Part shown: positions 29,496 through 39,508 of the stretch, piece after piece
Position numbering within the stretch: position 1 is the stretch's first letter
Layout of the letters: each line of letters opens with the position of its first letter
NCBI GenBank assembly: GCA_034521735.1
Contig: JAXHLX010000032.1
Span: 33,280 to 97,279 of the forward strand
From: Bacteroidales bacterium
Lineage (GTDB): Bacteria; Bacteroidota; Bacteroidia; Bacteroidales; VadinHA17
Length of the DNA: 64,000 nucleotides
Direction: 5' to 3'
Program-made: the position numbers and the translations under genes
Notes under the pieces: model-generated
The model's input: the letters and a program-made list of their open reading frames with translations, nothing else
The model's database searches: none
Told to the model about the DNA's origin: nothing

Positions 29496-31697
29496 ATGAC
29501 AGATCAAAATAAATCAAGAAAGAGCCGTCCTGACCAGGATAAGAAAAAACCGGCAGATACAGCAAAAACCAGGTCGGCAGAAAATAAACCGGCAGCAAAA
29601 CCGGCAAAAAAACCGGCAGCTAAGCCTGCAACGAAACCGGCAGCGAAACCGGCAGCAAAGCCGGCAAAGAAACCGGCAGCTAAGCCGGCAGCGAAACCGG
29701 CAAAGAAACCGGCAGCTAAGCCGGCAGCGAAACCATCCGCAAAACCGGCAGCAAAGCCGGCAAAGAAACTGGCAGTACCTCCTGCAGAACAAAATGTACT
29801 TGATATTAAGGATTTTATCAGCGAATATGATATCTATCTTTTCAGGGAAGGGAAACATTTTTCACTGCATAAGAAATTGGGTGCACATATTACCGAACAT
29901 GAGAATACCCGGGGAACATTCTTTGCTGTATGGGCCCCCAATGCGAAAGCGGTGTCGGTAGTCGGAAACTTTAACTACTGGTCAAAAGATGCTCACCCTT
30001 TAAATGCCCGAGGTGACGGATCAGGCATCTGGCAGGGTTTTATTCCGGGTGTGGATAAGGGAGAAGCATATAAATATTTTATCAAATCAAAATACAAAAA
30101 TTATTCGGTTCAAAAGGCAGACCCTGTCTCAGCATATAATGAAAAACCTCCCAAAACAGCTTCCGTTGTATGGGAACATAAGTATAAATGGAAAGACCGG
30201 GAATGGATGAAGAACAGGAAAGATCATAATTCGCTGGACGCGCCCATGTCCGTTTACGAGGTACATCTTGAATCATGGCGCCGCTCGCCGGAAGATGATA
30301 TGCGATCACTGAGCTATTCTGAACTGGCTGAACAGCTTTCTGACTATGTGAAATATATGGGTTATACTCATGTTGAGCTTATGCCGGTAACGGAATATCC
30401 CTTCTCAGGCTCATGGGGCTACCAGGTAACCGGATTTTTTGCCCCTACCAGCAGATTCGGTGATCCCGATGAATTCATGCACTTTGTTGATGTACTCCAT
30501 CAAAACGGTATAGGGGTAATTATCGACTGGGTACCCTCCCACTTTCCGGGCGACCAGCATGGCCTTCACTTCTTTGACGGCACTTATCTTTATGAGCACC
30601 AGGATCCCAGGAAGGGTTATCACCCCGACTGGAGCAGCTATATCTTTAATTACGGCCGTAATGAGATAAGAAATTTCCTTATCAGCAGCGCACACAGCTG
30701 GATGGAACTTTTTCATATTGACGGAATACGGGTAGACGCCGTGGCATCTATGCTATACCTTGATTATTCGCGAAAAGAAGGGGAATGGATACCAAATGAG
30801 CACGGAGGAAGGGAAAATATGGATGCCATACATTTTCTCCGCGACTTAAACGAGTCAATATATACATCATTCCCCGATGTTCAGACAATAGCAGAAGAGT
30901 CAACAGCCTGGCCAATGGTAACAAGGCCGGTATATACAGGTGGACTGGGCTTTGGAATGAAATGGAATATGGGCTGGATGCATGATACTCTTGATTATTT
31001 GTCATATGAGCCCATCCACAGGAGCTACCATCATAACCAGATGACTTTCAGCATAATGTATGCCTTTAGTGAGAACTTCATGCTCTCCCTCTCCCATGAT
31101 GAAGTAGTCCACGGAAAAGGGAGCCTGATAACGAAAATGCCGGGCGACGACTGGCAGAAATTTGCTAATCTGAGGATGCTTTTTGGCTTTATGTTCGCTC
31201 ATCCCGGCAAGAAATTACACTTCATGGGAATGGAATTCGGACAATGGAAGGAATGGGACTATCAAAGCAGTCTCGACTGGCACCTTAATGAATTCGATAC
31301 CCATAAAGGCCTCCAGTTCTTTGTAAAAGACCTTAACAGCGTTTACAGACGATTCCCTGCCTTATTTGAAAATGATTTTTCAGATGACGGCTTCCGGTGG
31401 ATCGATGCCAATGATTCACAAAACTCCGTCTTCAGCTTTGTCAGGTATGATAAGAAAAAAAACCAGCCTGTGCTTATTGTTGCTAACTTCACACCGGTGC
31501 CCCGTTATAATTACCGTATAGGAGTGCCTGATGACCAGCCCTGGAAGGAGATACTTAACAGTGATGCCAGGCAGTACGGAGGAAGCGGTATGGGTAATTT
31601 CGGAGAAGCAGAATCAAATCCTGTCCCCTATCACGGACAGAACCAGTCCATTAACATCATCATACCGCCACTGGCAATTATTATGTTTTCAAAATAA
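29496..31697 (+). CDS. glgB: 1,4-alpha-glucan branching enzyme GlgB (GH13) with Lys/Pro/Ala-repeat N-terminal tail
   Basis: 733-aa ORF. Residues ~30-93 are KPAAKPAKKPAA repeats. The rest is canonical GlgB ('FAVWAPNAKAVSVVGNFNYW', 'GVIIDWVPSHFP', 'DGIRVDAVASMLY', 'TIAEESTAWP', 'LSHDEVVHGKGS'). Confidence 0.92.
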   Translation: MTDQNKSRKSRPDQDKKKPADTAKTRSAENKPAAKPAKKPAAKPATKPAAKPAAKPAKKPAAKPAAKPAKKPAAKPAAKPSAKPAAKPAKKLAVPPAEQNVLDIKDFISEYDIYLFREGKHFSLHKKLGAHITEHENTRGTFFAVWAPNAKAVSVVGNFNYWSKDAHPLNARGDGSGIWQGFIPGVDKGEAYKYFIKSKYKNYSVQKADPVSAYNEKPPKTASVVWEHKYKWKDREWMKNRKDHNSLDAPMSVYEVHLESWRRSPEDDMRSLSYSELAEQLSDYVKYMGYTHVELMPVTEYPFSGSWGYQVTGFFAPTSRFGDPDEFMHFVDVLHQNGIGVIIDWVPSHFPGDQHGLHFFDGTYLYEHQDPRKGYHPDWSSYIFNYGRNEIRNFLISSAHSWMELFHIDGIRVDAVASMLYLDYSRKEGEWIPNEHGGRENMDAIHFLRDLNESIYTSFPDVQTIAEESTAWPMVTRPVYTGGLGFGMKWNMGWMHDTLDYLSYEPIHRSYHHNQMTFSIMYAFSENFMLSLSHDEVVHGKGSLITKMPGDDWQKFANLRMLFGFMFAHPGKKLHFMGMEFGQWKEWDYQSSLDWHLNEFDTHKGLQFFVKDLNSVYRRFPALFENDFSDDGFRWIDANDSQNSVFSFVRYDKKKNQPVLIVANFTPVPRYNYRIGVPDDQPWKEILNSDARQYGGSGMGNFGEAESNPVPYHGQNQSINIIIPPLAIIMFSK
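29586..29774 (+). repeat. in-frame tandem 12/15-nt repeats (aaaccggcagcNaagccggca...) encoding (K/A)KPAAKPA units
   Basis: Direct reading shows near-identical blocks, e.g. 'gcgaaaccggcagcaaagccggcaaagaaaccggcagctaagccggca' followed by shorter repeats of the same unit. Confidence 0.9.
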
Positions 31698-31725
31698 AAC
31701 TGTTCTAAACTGAGCCAAACGGAAT

Positions 31726-34700
31726 ATGAAAAAAATGAAAGTATATAATCCGGTTTCTGCTTACCGAATTCAGTTTAATAAAGACTTTACTTTCAGTCAT
31801 GCTGAAAAAATTGTGTCCTACCTTCATAAGCTGGGCATAAGAACTATTTATGCCTCACCGGTTCTTCAGGCAGGCAGAAACAGCATGCACGGATATGATG
31901 TTATGGATCCGCTCAGACTCAACAAAGAAATCGGAACTAAGCAGAACTTCGAGAAGCTCATCAGCACCCTCCATGGCTATGATATGGGATGGATACAGGA
32001 TATTGTTCCTAACCATATGGCCTACTCAACGGAAAACCCGTGGATATATGATGTGCTGTGTAAAGGCAGTAAGTCTAAGTTTTACAGTTTTTTTGATATC
32101 ATAAAAGATCATCCTGATAAAAGCCTGAGAGAAAAGATAATGCTTCCTTTTTTCGGTAAATCTATTGCTGAAGTAACAGACGACGGAGAATTATCTTTAC
32201 AATTCGGCGAAAAGGGATTTAGTATCCGCTACTTCGAAAATGAGTACCCTGTTTCATACCAGGCTTATCCCTTGCTCTTATCTTCAGGTAAAAAGACCGG
32301 TATTCCTGCTTTTATAAAAGATCTGCTTACAAAAAAAGCCAACCCGGACATTAATGAGAAAGATGTAAAGAAGCTCTGCAAAGATTTCCGTAATGATCCA
32401 GCTACATCACAGTATATAAACAAGTGCCTGGCAGAGGTAAATAGCAAATCCTCCCTGATGAAGGATCTGGCAGGCAGCCTGGCATATCTCCCTGTCTACT
32501 GGAAGGAAACTGAAAAACGAATAAATTACCGCCGCTTCTTTACAATAAACAGTCTTATCTGCCTTAATATGGACGACAGTCAGGTATTCGCCACCCACCA
32601 TAAATATATACAGTCGCTCTTAAAAGAAGGGTATATAGACGGCTTAAGGATAGATCATATTGACGGTCTGGCCGATCCTGACACTTACCTGGAAAAGCTC
32701 AGGGATATGACTGGTCCCGAAAGCTATATCATAGTGGAAAAGATACTTGAAGAAAAGGAAAGATTACCGGAAAAATGGCCTGTGCAGGGCTCAACAGGTT
32801 ATGATTTCCTGGCTATGGTAAATAACCTGCTCATCAATGAAAAAAACGAAAACGAGCTGTATACAACTTACAGGCAGTGGACTGAAGAGGCAACAGATGC
32901 TTATGAGTTCATGCATGAAAAAAAGAGATACATACTCTTTAACAGGCTGAAAGGAGAACTGGAAATCCTCAGCTGGCTGTGCCAAAAGATAAGATCGCCG
33001 CACACAGAAGAGATAAGCCCGGAGGAACTGCAAAAAGCCATTGCCGCCTTTTTGATCGCTTTTCCCGTTTATAAGATGTACAGTCTGCCCTCGGCCTTCA
33101 CAGAGGATGATAAGGATTTTATCAGGGATATTTTTGAGCAGGCTGTTAAGAAAAATAAAGGTAGCGAAAAAGCACTTAAGAGCCTGGAAGCAGTGCTCCT
33201 GTTGACTGATGATGATGATGACACAAATAAAAAAGAAACCATCCAAAAAACAGATCTCTTTTTCAGGCGCTGCATGCAGTTTACCGGTCCCCTGATGGCC
33301 AAGGGAATTGAAGATACCGCATTTTATTCGTATAACCCCTTTATTGCCTCCAATGAGGTAGGTGATAATCCGCGCTTCCTGGGCATCAGTACTGAAAAAT
33401 TTCACAGGCTCATGGAAGAAAGGCAGTTAAAAGCTCCCCTTACAATGAACACCGGCGCTACCCATGATACCAAAAGAGGTGAAGATGCCCGCGCCCGCCT
33501 GAACGTCATAAGCGATATACCGCACAGATGGGATGAAATAACGAAACAGTGGAAGGAAATAAACCGGAAGGTCAAATCCCGTAAGGGCCGTCAGGCCGTT
33601 CCTTCAGACAATGATGAGTATTTTATTTACCAGACCCTCTGTGCTCACCTGCCTATGAATGGTAAAACCGGTGATAATTTTATTCCGCGACTGAAAGAAT
33701 ACCTGGTCAAAGCTTTGAGGGAGTCAAAAGCCAACTCTTCATGGAGTGAGCCCGATACCGCTTATGAGAACAAAACCCTGGAATTTACCGGCAAAATACT
33801 GTCCGGGGATAGTGAATTTCTCAGAAGCTTTACCCCGTTTATAAATGAGATAATCCCTCATGGTATTATTAATTCCCTCTGCCAGCTCATTATTAAGAAT
33901 ACCGTCCCCGGTGTTCCCGACACCTTTCAGGGAACAGAAACATGGAACCTTAATTTTGTTGATCCCGATAATCGCCGGCCGGTGGATTATAAGGGCCTGG
34001 AGAAGAGACTTGATAACATGATCAGGGACTATTCAGCTGATGCTGAAGCCCTGACCGGCAGATTATGGCAAAATGCACATAAGGGGGATATCAGCCAGTG
34101 GATAACTTACCTTACATTACAGGAAAGGGTCAAAAGCCCGGAATTGTTCCTTAAGGGTGATTATATCCCCCTTGAAATACAGGGAAAATATAAAAACCAT
34201 ATCATTTCCTTCATGCGTAAATACAGGGATGAGCACCTTTTAATAATATTACCCCTGCATACCGCATCCATGGATGGTCTAAATGACTGGGGAAATACCA
34301 GGGTCAGGCTTCCGGATCTGGCCCCTCCCAAATGGGAAAACAGTTTCACAAAGAAGATACTGAAGAGCAGCGGTGATATAATGGTGAAGGATGTTTTCGA
34401 AAAGATACCCTTTGGTATACTGAGGGGACAGTATGCCGAACCTAAAAGAAAAGCAGGCATCTTAATGCATGTTTCCTCGCTGCCCGGCAAATATGGCATT
34501 GGCGATCTTGGTCCGGGTGCCCTTAAATTCATTGACTTTTTGGAGCGCTCCGGACAAAGCTACTGGCAGGTGCTGCCACTAAGCCAGTCAGATAAATTAA
34601 CTTCTTATTCACCTTACAGCTCATATTCCGCCTTTGCGGGTAATACACTGTTTATCGATCCGGCAGGACTGGTAAAATCTGGACTGACAGACAGCCAAAG

Positions 34701-35943
34701 ATTAGAACAGCTCGAAAAGAAAAGTGATGACAGGGTAGACTACCCGGGTGCAGAAAAAATAAAAAACCTGCTCCTGGATGAAGCTTTTTTAAATTATAAA
34801 CAGGCAGCAAACCCTGACATAAAGGAAAAATCAGAAGAATTTCAGAAAAAGGAAAAATACTGGCTGAATGATTTTGCACTTTACTCAGTACTGAAGAAGC
34901 ACTTTGACTATAAACCATGGAACAGGTGGCCCGAAGAGTATCGTGACAGGCATCCGTCTTCACTCAAAGCATTTCAAAGCAAGCATAAAGATGAAATACA
35001 AAAGGTAATTTTCAGCCAGTTGATTTTTTCCATGCAATGGCAGGAGATCAGGGATTATGCAAGGGAGAGGAACATTGATATCTTCGGGGACATACCCATA
35101 TATATAGACTATGACAGTGCTGACGTGTGGGCGAATCCCGGCCTTTTCATGCTGAATGAGGATAAATCAATGAAAGCAGTGGCCGGTGTGCCCCCCGATT
35201 ATTTCAATGAAAAAGGCCAGCTGTGGGGCATGCCCCTTTTCAACTGGGAAGAAATGAAAAAAGACTCTTACCGCTGGTGGGTGAACAGGATAAAAAAGAA
35301 CATGGAATGGTTTGACCTTCTCAGGCTGGACCATTTCCGGGCCTTTTCTGCTTACTGGCAAGTGCCTGCAAAATCGGAAACAGCTATTAAGGGCAAGTGG
35401 GTTAAAGGTCCGGGTACAGATCTCTTCGACACTATCAAAAAACATTTTCCCGATATGCCATTTGTAGCTGAAGACCTGGGCCAGATCGACCAGGATGTAT
35501 ATAAGCTGCGAGACCATTATAAGCTGCCGGGGATGAGGGTGCTGCAGTTCGGATTTGAGGAAAATATGCCATACCTGCAACATACACCGCTTAATTACAC
35601 ATATAACAGCATTGCATATACGGGCACACATGATAATAATACCATGAAAGGCTGGTACAGGAAAGAAGCAGACAAAGAAAACCTGAAACGTTTTAAAGAT
35701 TATACCGGCAAAAAGCTGAAAGAGGAAAACTGCCATACAGAGATGATACGGATGGCATATTCTACCGTTTCCAGGCTTGTGATAATACCCATGCAGGACT
35801 GGCTGGGACTGGATGAAAGCAGCAGAATGAACTATCCCTCCTCAACTGAGGGAAACTGGCTGTGGAGATTAAAAGAGAATCAGCTCAGCCCCGAGATTGA
35901 AAAACGGATCAGGAAGATGGTAAAAACTTTCGGCAGAATTTAA
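31726..35943 (+). CDS. treY: malto-oligosyltrehalose synthase (TreY, GH13) fused to 4-alpha-glucanotransferase (MalQ, GH77)
   Basis: 1405-aa ORF. The N-terminal ~900 aa are TreY-like ('YRIQFNKDFTF...IRTIYASPVLQAGRNSMHGYDV', 'GLRIDHIDGL'). From ~aa 905 (nt ~34440) it is MalQ-like ('KAGILMHVSSLPGKYGIGDLG', 'WGMPLFNWE', 'LRLDHFRAF', 'FVAEDLG', 'YTGTHDNNT'). Confidence 0.9.
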   Translation: MKKMKVYNPVSAYRIQFNKDFTFSHAEKIVSYLHKLGIRTIYASPVLQAGRNSMHGYDVMDPLRLNKEIGTKQNFEKLISTLHGYDMGWIQDIVPNHMAYSTENPWIYDVLCKGSKSKFYSFFDIIKDHPDKSLREKIMLPFFGKSIAEVTDDGELSLQFGEKGFSIRYFENEYPVSYQAYPLLLSSGKKTGIPAFIKDLLTKKANPDINEKDVKKLCKDFRNDPATSQYINKCLAEVNSKSSLMKDLAGSLAYLPVYWKETEKRINYRRFFTINSLICLNMDDSQVFATHHKYIQSLLKEGYIDGLRIDHIDGLADPDTYLEKLRDMTGPESYIIVEKILEEKERLPEKWPVQGSTGYDFLAMVNNLLINEKNENELYTTYRQWTEEATDAYEFMHEKKRYILFNRLKGELEILSWLCQKIRSPHTEEISPEELQKAIAAFLIAFPVYKMYSLPSAFTEDDKDFIRDIFEQAVKKNKGSEKALKSLEAVLLLTDDDDDTNKKETIQKTDLFFRRCMQFTGPLMAKGIEDTAFYSYNPFIASNEVGDNPRFLGISTEKFHRLMEERQLKAPLTMNTGATHDTKRGEDARARLNVISDIPHRWDEITKQWKEINRKVKSRKGRQAVPSDNDEYFIYQTLCAHLPMNGKTGDNFIPRLKEYLVKALRESKANSSWSEPDTAYENKTLEFTGKILSGDSEFLRSFTPFINEIIPHGIINSLCQLIIKNTVPGVPDTFQGTETWNLNFVDPDNRRPVDYKGLEKRLDNMIRDYSADAEALTGRLWQNAHKGDISQWITYLTLQERVKSPELFLKGDYIPLEIQGKYKNHIISFMRKYRDEHLLIILPLHTASMDGLNDWGNTRVRLPDLAPPKWENSFTKKILKSSGDIMVKDVFEKIPFGILRGQYAEPKRKAGILMHVSSLPGKYGIGDLGPGALKFIDFLERSGQSYWQVLPLSQSDKLTSYSPYSSYSAFAGNTLFIDPAGLVKSGLTDSQRLEQLEKKSDDRVDYPGAEKIKNLLLDEAFLNYKQAANPDIKEKSEEFQKKEKYWLNDFALYSVLKKHFDYKPWNRWPEEYRDRHPSSLKAFQSKHKDEIQKVIFSQLIFSMQWQEIRDYARERNIDIFGDIPIYIDYDSADVWANPGLFMLNEDKSMKAVAGVPPDYFNEKGQLWGMPLFNWEEMKKDSYRWWVNRIKKNMEWFDLLRLDHFRAFSAYWQVPAKSETAIKGKWVKGPGTDLFDTIKKHFPDMPFVAEDLGQIDQDVYKLRDHYKLPGMRVLQFGFEENMPYLQHTPLNYTYNSIAYTGTHDNNTMKGWYRKEADKENLKRFKDYTGKKLKEENCHTEMIRMAYSTVSRLVIIPMQDWLGLDESSRMNYPSSTEGNWLWRLKENQLSPEIEKRIRKMVKTFGRI

Positions 35944-36007
35944 TAAAAAAGAAATAGCCGCCTGCCAGATACCGCCCTCCACATTTAATACCTCGGCAAT
36001 AATTTTA

Positions 36008-36015
36008 TAATTTTG
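36008..36015 (+). promoter_or_regulatory. candidate -7 box (TAATTTTG) for dcp
   Basis: TAnnTTTG match 48 nt upstream of ATG 36063. Confidence 0.35.
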
Positions 36016-36062
36016 CAGATTAAACTTTGTAAGGAACAAAAATGTTAAACACATAAAACTAT

Positions 36063-38111
36063 ATGAATAACCCTCTTCTGAAAATATGGGAAAGTCCATT
36101 CGGTTTACCCCCTTTTGACCAGGTAAAGCCGGGTCACTTCAGGCCGGCCATAGAAGAATCAATAGCCAAGGCAAAAAAAGAAATAGAAAATATAGCCGGG
36201 AACAGTGATGATCCCTCTTTTGAAAACACCATTGTTTCGCTTGATAAAGCCGGTATAAGGCTTGACGAGATATCATTATTATTATTCAACCTGAACAGTG
36301 CCGAGACAAGCAGTGATATACAGCGTGCTGCCAGGGAAGCAGCTCCTCTTCTTTCAGAATTCTCAAATGATATTACCTTAAATACGGAACTCTTTGCCAG
36401 GATCAGGGCTGTGAACGATAAAAGGTCTTCACTGCAATTAAATGAGGAGCAGCAATCCTTACTCAGGCAGACATACCGGAATTTCATCAGAGGAGGTGCC
36501 GGTCTGGAAGAAGCAGACAGGGAAAGGTTCAGGGAGATTGACGGGCAGCTGTCAACACTGTCCCTCAGGTTTGAAGAGAATGTACTGAAGGAAACAAATG
36601 ATTTCTTCCTGCATATAACAGATGAAGACGATCTGGAAGGCCTGCCCGAAGGCATAGTGGAAGCTGCTGCCGAAGAGGCTGAGAACAGTGGCAGAGAAGG
36701 ATGGGTCTTTACCCTGCACTTTCCAAGCTATATTCCTTTTATGCAGTATTCATCAAAAAGAAAGCTCAGGGAAAAAATGTTCAGGGCTTATTCCTCCAGG
36801 GCATTTAAAAATGATAAAAATGATAACCGCGGTATTATCAAAAAAATCATAAACCTGAGAAGGGAAAAAGCTCTTATGCTGGGATTTGATAATTATGCGG
36901 AATTTATCCTGAAGGACAGGATGCTTGACAGTCCGGATAAGGTAATGTCCTTCCTCAGGGAATTATTCGGGGCCTCTCGCAAATATGCCCTTAATGACAA
37001 GAAAGAAGTTGAGAAGTATGCAAGGAAAAACGGGCTCAGGGAAGAACTTGAGAAATGGGACTGGGCCTGCTACTCGGAGAGACTTAAAAAAAGCAAATTC
37101 AATATTGACGATGAAGTACTCAGGCCATATTTTGACCTGCAGAAAGCAGAAAATGCAATATTCAGCCTGGCAGGACGACTATATGGTTTACAGTTCAATC
37201 AGAGAAATGACCTGCCGGTCTACCACCCTGATGTTAAAACATTCGAAGTAAAGGACAGTGAGGGCAGGCACTTATCCCTGCTGCTCATAGATTATCATCC
37301 CAGGAAAGGGAAAAGCGGGGGGGCATGGATGACTGCTTATCGCGACCAGCACAGGCAGGCAGATCAGAATATACGTCCCGTTATATCACTTGTGACCAAT
37401 TTCAGTAAAGCATCATCAAGCAAACCGGCACTGATAACACATAATGAACTGACCACCTTCCTTCACGAATTCGGACATGCACTTCATGGCATGATGTCAC
37501 AATGCACTTACAGGAACCTGTCCGGTACCAATGTTTCAGGTGATTTTGTTGAACTGCCCTCCCAGATCATGGAAAACTGGGCATGGGAAAAAGAATGGCT
37601 GGATACATGGGCAAGACACTATAAAACGGATGAAAAAATACCGGTCGAACTGATAGCAAAAATAAAAGAATCAATGGTGTTCAATGAAGGTTATGCATGT
37701 AACAGGCAGCTCAGTTTTGGCTTCCTGGATATGGCCTGGCACAGCATTGAAGAAGACTTTGACGGCGATATCGACCGTTTTGAGAAAGAAGCGATGAAAG
37801 AAACTGAACTGCTGAAACATGTCGAAGGGTCCAATATGAGCTGCTCCTTCGGACACCTTTTCTCAGGTGGTTATGCAGCAGGGTACTACGGTTATAAATG
37901 GTCCGAAGTGCTTGATGCTGACGCTTTCAGCCTTTTCAGGGAAAAGGGTATATATGATAAGAAAACAGCGGAATCATTCCGTGTTCATATACTTGAAAAA
38001 GGAGGCGCCGCCCGGCCTGCTGAACTGTACCGCAGGTTCAGGGGCAAAGAACCATCAACTGAAGCCATGCTCGAAAGGAGTGGATTTAAAAGGGACCTGC
38101 AGGGTTCTTAA
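36063..38111 (+). CDS. dcp: M3-family peptidyl-dipeptidase (Dcp-like)
   Basis: 682-aa ORF with zinc motif 'HEFGHALHG' and M3 architecture. Confidence 0.88.
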   Translation: MNNPLLKIWESPFGLPPFDQVKPGHFRPAIEESIAKAKKEIENIAGNSDDPSFENTIVSLDKAGIRLDEISLLLFNLNSAETSSDIQRAAREAAPLLSEFSNDITLNTELFARIRAVNDKRSSLQLNEEQQSLLRQTYRNFIRGGAGLEEADRERFREIDGQLSTLSLRFEENVLKETNDFFLHITDEDDLEGLPEGIVEAAAEEAENSGREGWVFTLHFPSYIPFMQYSSKRKLREKMFRAYSSRAFKNDKNDNRGIIKKIINLRREKALMLGFDNYAEFILKDRMLDSPDKVMSFLRELFGASRKYALNDKKEVEKYARKNGLREELEKWDWACYSERLKKSKFNIDDEVLRPYFDLQKAENAIFSLAGRLYGLQFNQRNDLPVYHPDVKTFEVKDSEGRHLSLLLIDYHPRKGKSGGAWMTAYRDQHRQADQNIRPVISLVTNFSKASSSKPALITHNELTTFLHEFGHALHGMMSQCTYRNLSGTNVSGDFVELPSQIMENWAWEKEWLDTWARHYKTDEKIPVELIAKIKESMVFNEGYACNRQLSFGFLDMAWHSIEEDFDGDIDRFEKEAMKETELLKHVEGSNMSCSFGHLFSGGYAAGYYGYKWSEVLDADAFSLFREKGIYDKKTAESFRVHILEKGGAARPAELYRRFRGKEPSTEAMLERSGFKRDLQGS

Positions 38112-38165
38112 AGAGGCGAAACACAGATTAGATAATATGAAGTTTTTTACGGAATGTAAAATGTG

Positions 38166-38173
38166 TAAATTTG
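38166..38173 (+). promoter_or_regulatory. candidate -7 box (TAAATTTG) for the DEAD-box helicase
   Basis: TAnnTTTG match 88 nt upstream of ATG 38261. Confidence 0.3.
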
Positions 38174-38260
38174 TGCCCGGCAATATTACCGTCAAAGCAT
38201 GGCTATATTGACCGGTAGATAAAACAATAGAAATATCCCGTTAACAGAACAGAGAACTAT

Positions 38261-39430
38261 ATGACTTTTGAAGAATTTAAACTGGATCCTGAACTGATGG
38301 ATTCAATACATTATATGGGCTTTTCCAAACCCACACCCATACAGGAGCAGGCTATGCCCCTCATCCTTGAAGGCAAAGACCTTATCGCATGTGCACAGAC
38401 CGGCACAGGTAAAACAGCAGCCTTCCTCCTGCCTGTGCTAAACTCAATAATGAAGAAAAGACCGGAATATACACATACCCTCATTCTTGTACCGACACGC
38501 GAACTGGCTGTACAGATAGATCAGCATGTGCAGGGACTGGGATACACTCTCGGTATTAATTCAATTGCCATATACGGTGGAAGCGACGGCAGCGACTGGG
38601 ACCAGCAGAAGACAGCCCTCAGGGATGGCGTTAATATAATTATTGCAACACCGGGCAAGCTGATATCCCACCTTAACCAGGGCTATGTCAGATTCGACAA
38701 AATAGAAGCGCTTGTGCTTGATGAAGCCGACCGTATGCTCGATATAGGGTTTTATGATGATATCATGAGGATAATATCCTATGTCTCTAAAAAACGGCAA
38801 ACACTTATGTTCAGCGCTACCATGCCTCCTAAAATCAGGTCCCTGTCAAAACAGATCATGAACAGTCCGTCCGAGATATCCATAGAAATGTCAAAGCCTG
38901 CTGAGGGTGTCATACAGGCTGTTTATATGATAAGTGAATCACAGAAACTACCGCTTCTTAACGGATTGATATCCGATAACCCGGAGTACAGCAGTATCCT
39001 TATTTTCTCCTCAACAAAAAGGAAGGTGAATGAGATTGTACGCGGACTCCGCTCAAAAAACTACCTGGTGGAAGGGATATCCTCGGACCTGGTACAGAAA
39101 GAAAGAGAACAGGTGCTGCTCAGATTCAAGTCGCGCCGCACCAGGGTACTGGTGGCAACCGATGTTATGAGCAGGGGAATAGATGTCAAAGATATTAACC
39201 TGGTAGTGAACTTCGATGTGCCCTCCGATGCAGAGGATTATGTCCACCGCGTGGGCAGAACAGCAAGAGCTGAAACAACAGGCGTGGCTATAACACTGGT
39301 CAATTCCATCGATAAACCAAAACTGTACAGAATTGAAAAACTGATAGGTAATAAAGTCTACAGGGCCCCCCTTCCCCCTAAGCTTATAAATACGGAAGGA
39401 AGCAGGCAATCGTCACGGTATCGCAGATAA
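38261..39430 (+). CDS. DEAD-box ATP-dependent RNA helicase
   Basis: 389-aa ORF. Q-motif region 'GFSKPTPIQEQ', 'AQTGTGKT', 'DEAD', 'SAT' and 'HRVGRTAR'. Confidence 0.93.
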   Translation: MTFEEFKLDPELMDSIHYMGFSKPTPIQEQAMPLILEGKDLIACAQTGTGKTAAFLLPVLNSIMKKRPEYTHTLILVPTRELAVQIDQHVQGLGYTLGINSIAIYGGSDGSDWDQQKTALRDGVNIIIATPGKLISHLNQGYVRFDKIEALVLDEADRMLDIGFYDDIMRIISYVSKKRQTLMFSATMPPKIRSLSKQIMNSPSEISIEMSKPAEGVIQAVYMISESQKLPLLNGLISDNPEYSSILIFSSTKRKVNEIVRGLRSKNYLVEGISSDLVQKEREQVLLRFKSRRTRVLVATDVMSRGIDVKDINLVVNFDVPSDAEDYVHRVGRTARAETTGVAITLVNSIDKPKLYRIEKLIGNKVYRAPLPPKLINTEGSRQSSRYRR

Positions 39431-39434
39431 GTAT

Positions 39435-39442
39435 TATATTTG
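39435..39442 (+). promoter_or_regulatory. candidate -7 box (TATATTTG) for purL
   Basis: TAnnTTTG match 67 nt upstream of ATG 39509. Confidence 0.35.
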
Positions 39443-39508
39443 TAGTCTGTAATAACAGAGCAAACATTTATTTCACAACCTTCATTATCAACTCTTTAAA
39501 TATAATAG

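Noticed and set aside
29586-29774. A regularly spaced short repeat array that might be mistaken for a CRISPR or minisatellite locus.
   Set aside because: The units are 12-15 nt and contiguous with no spacers. They are in frame inside glgB and encode KPAA-type repeats. No cas genes are present.
29514-29858. 114-aa Cys/Arg-rich antisense ORF (CRLSCRFLCRF...).
   Set aside because: It is the reverse-complement reading of the KPAA repeat, so it is a compositional artefact.
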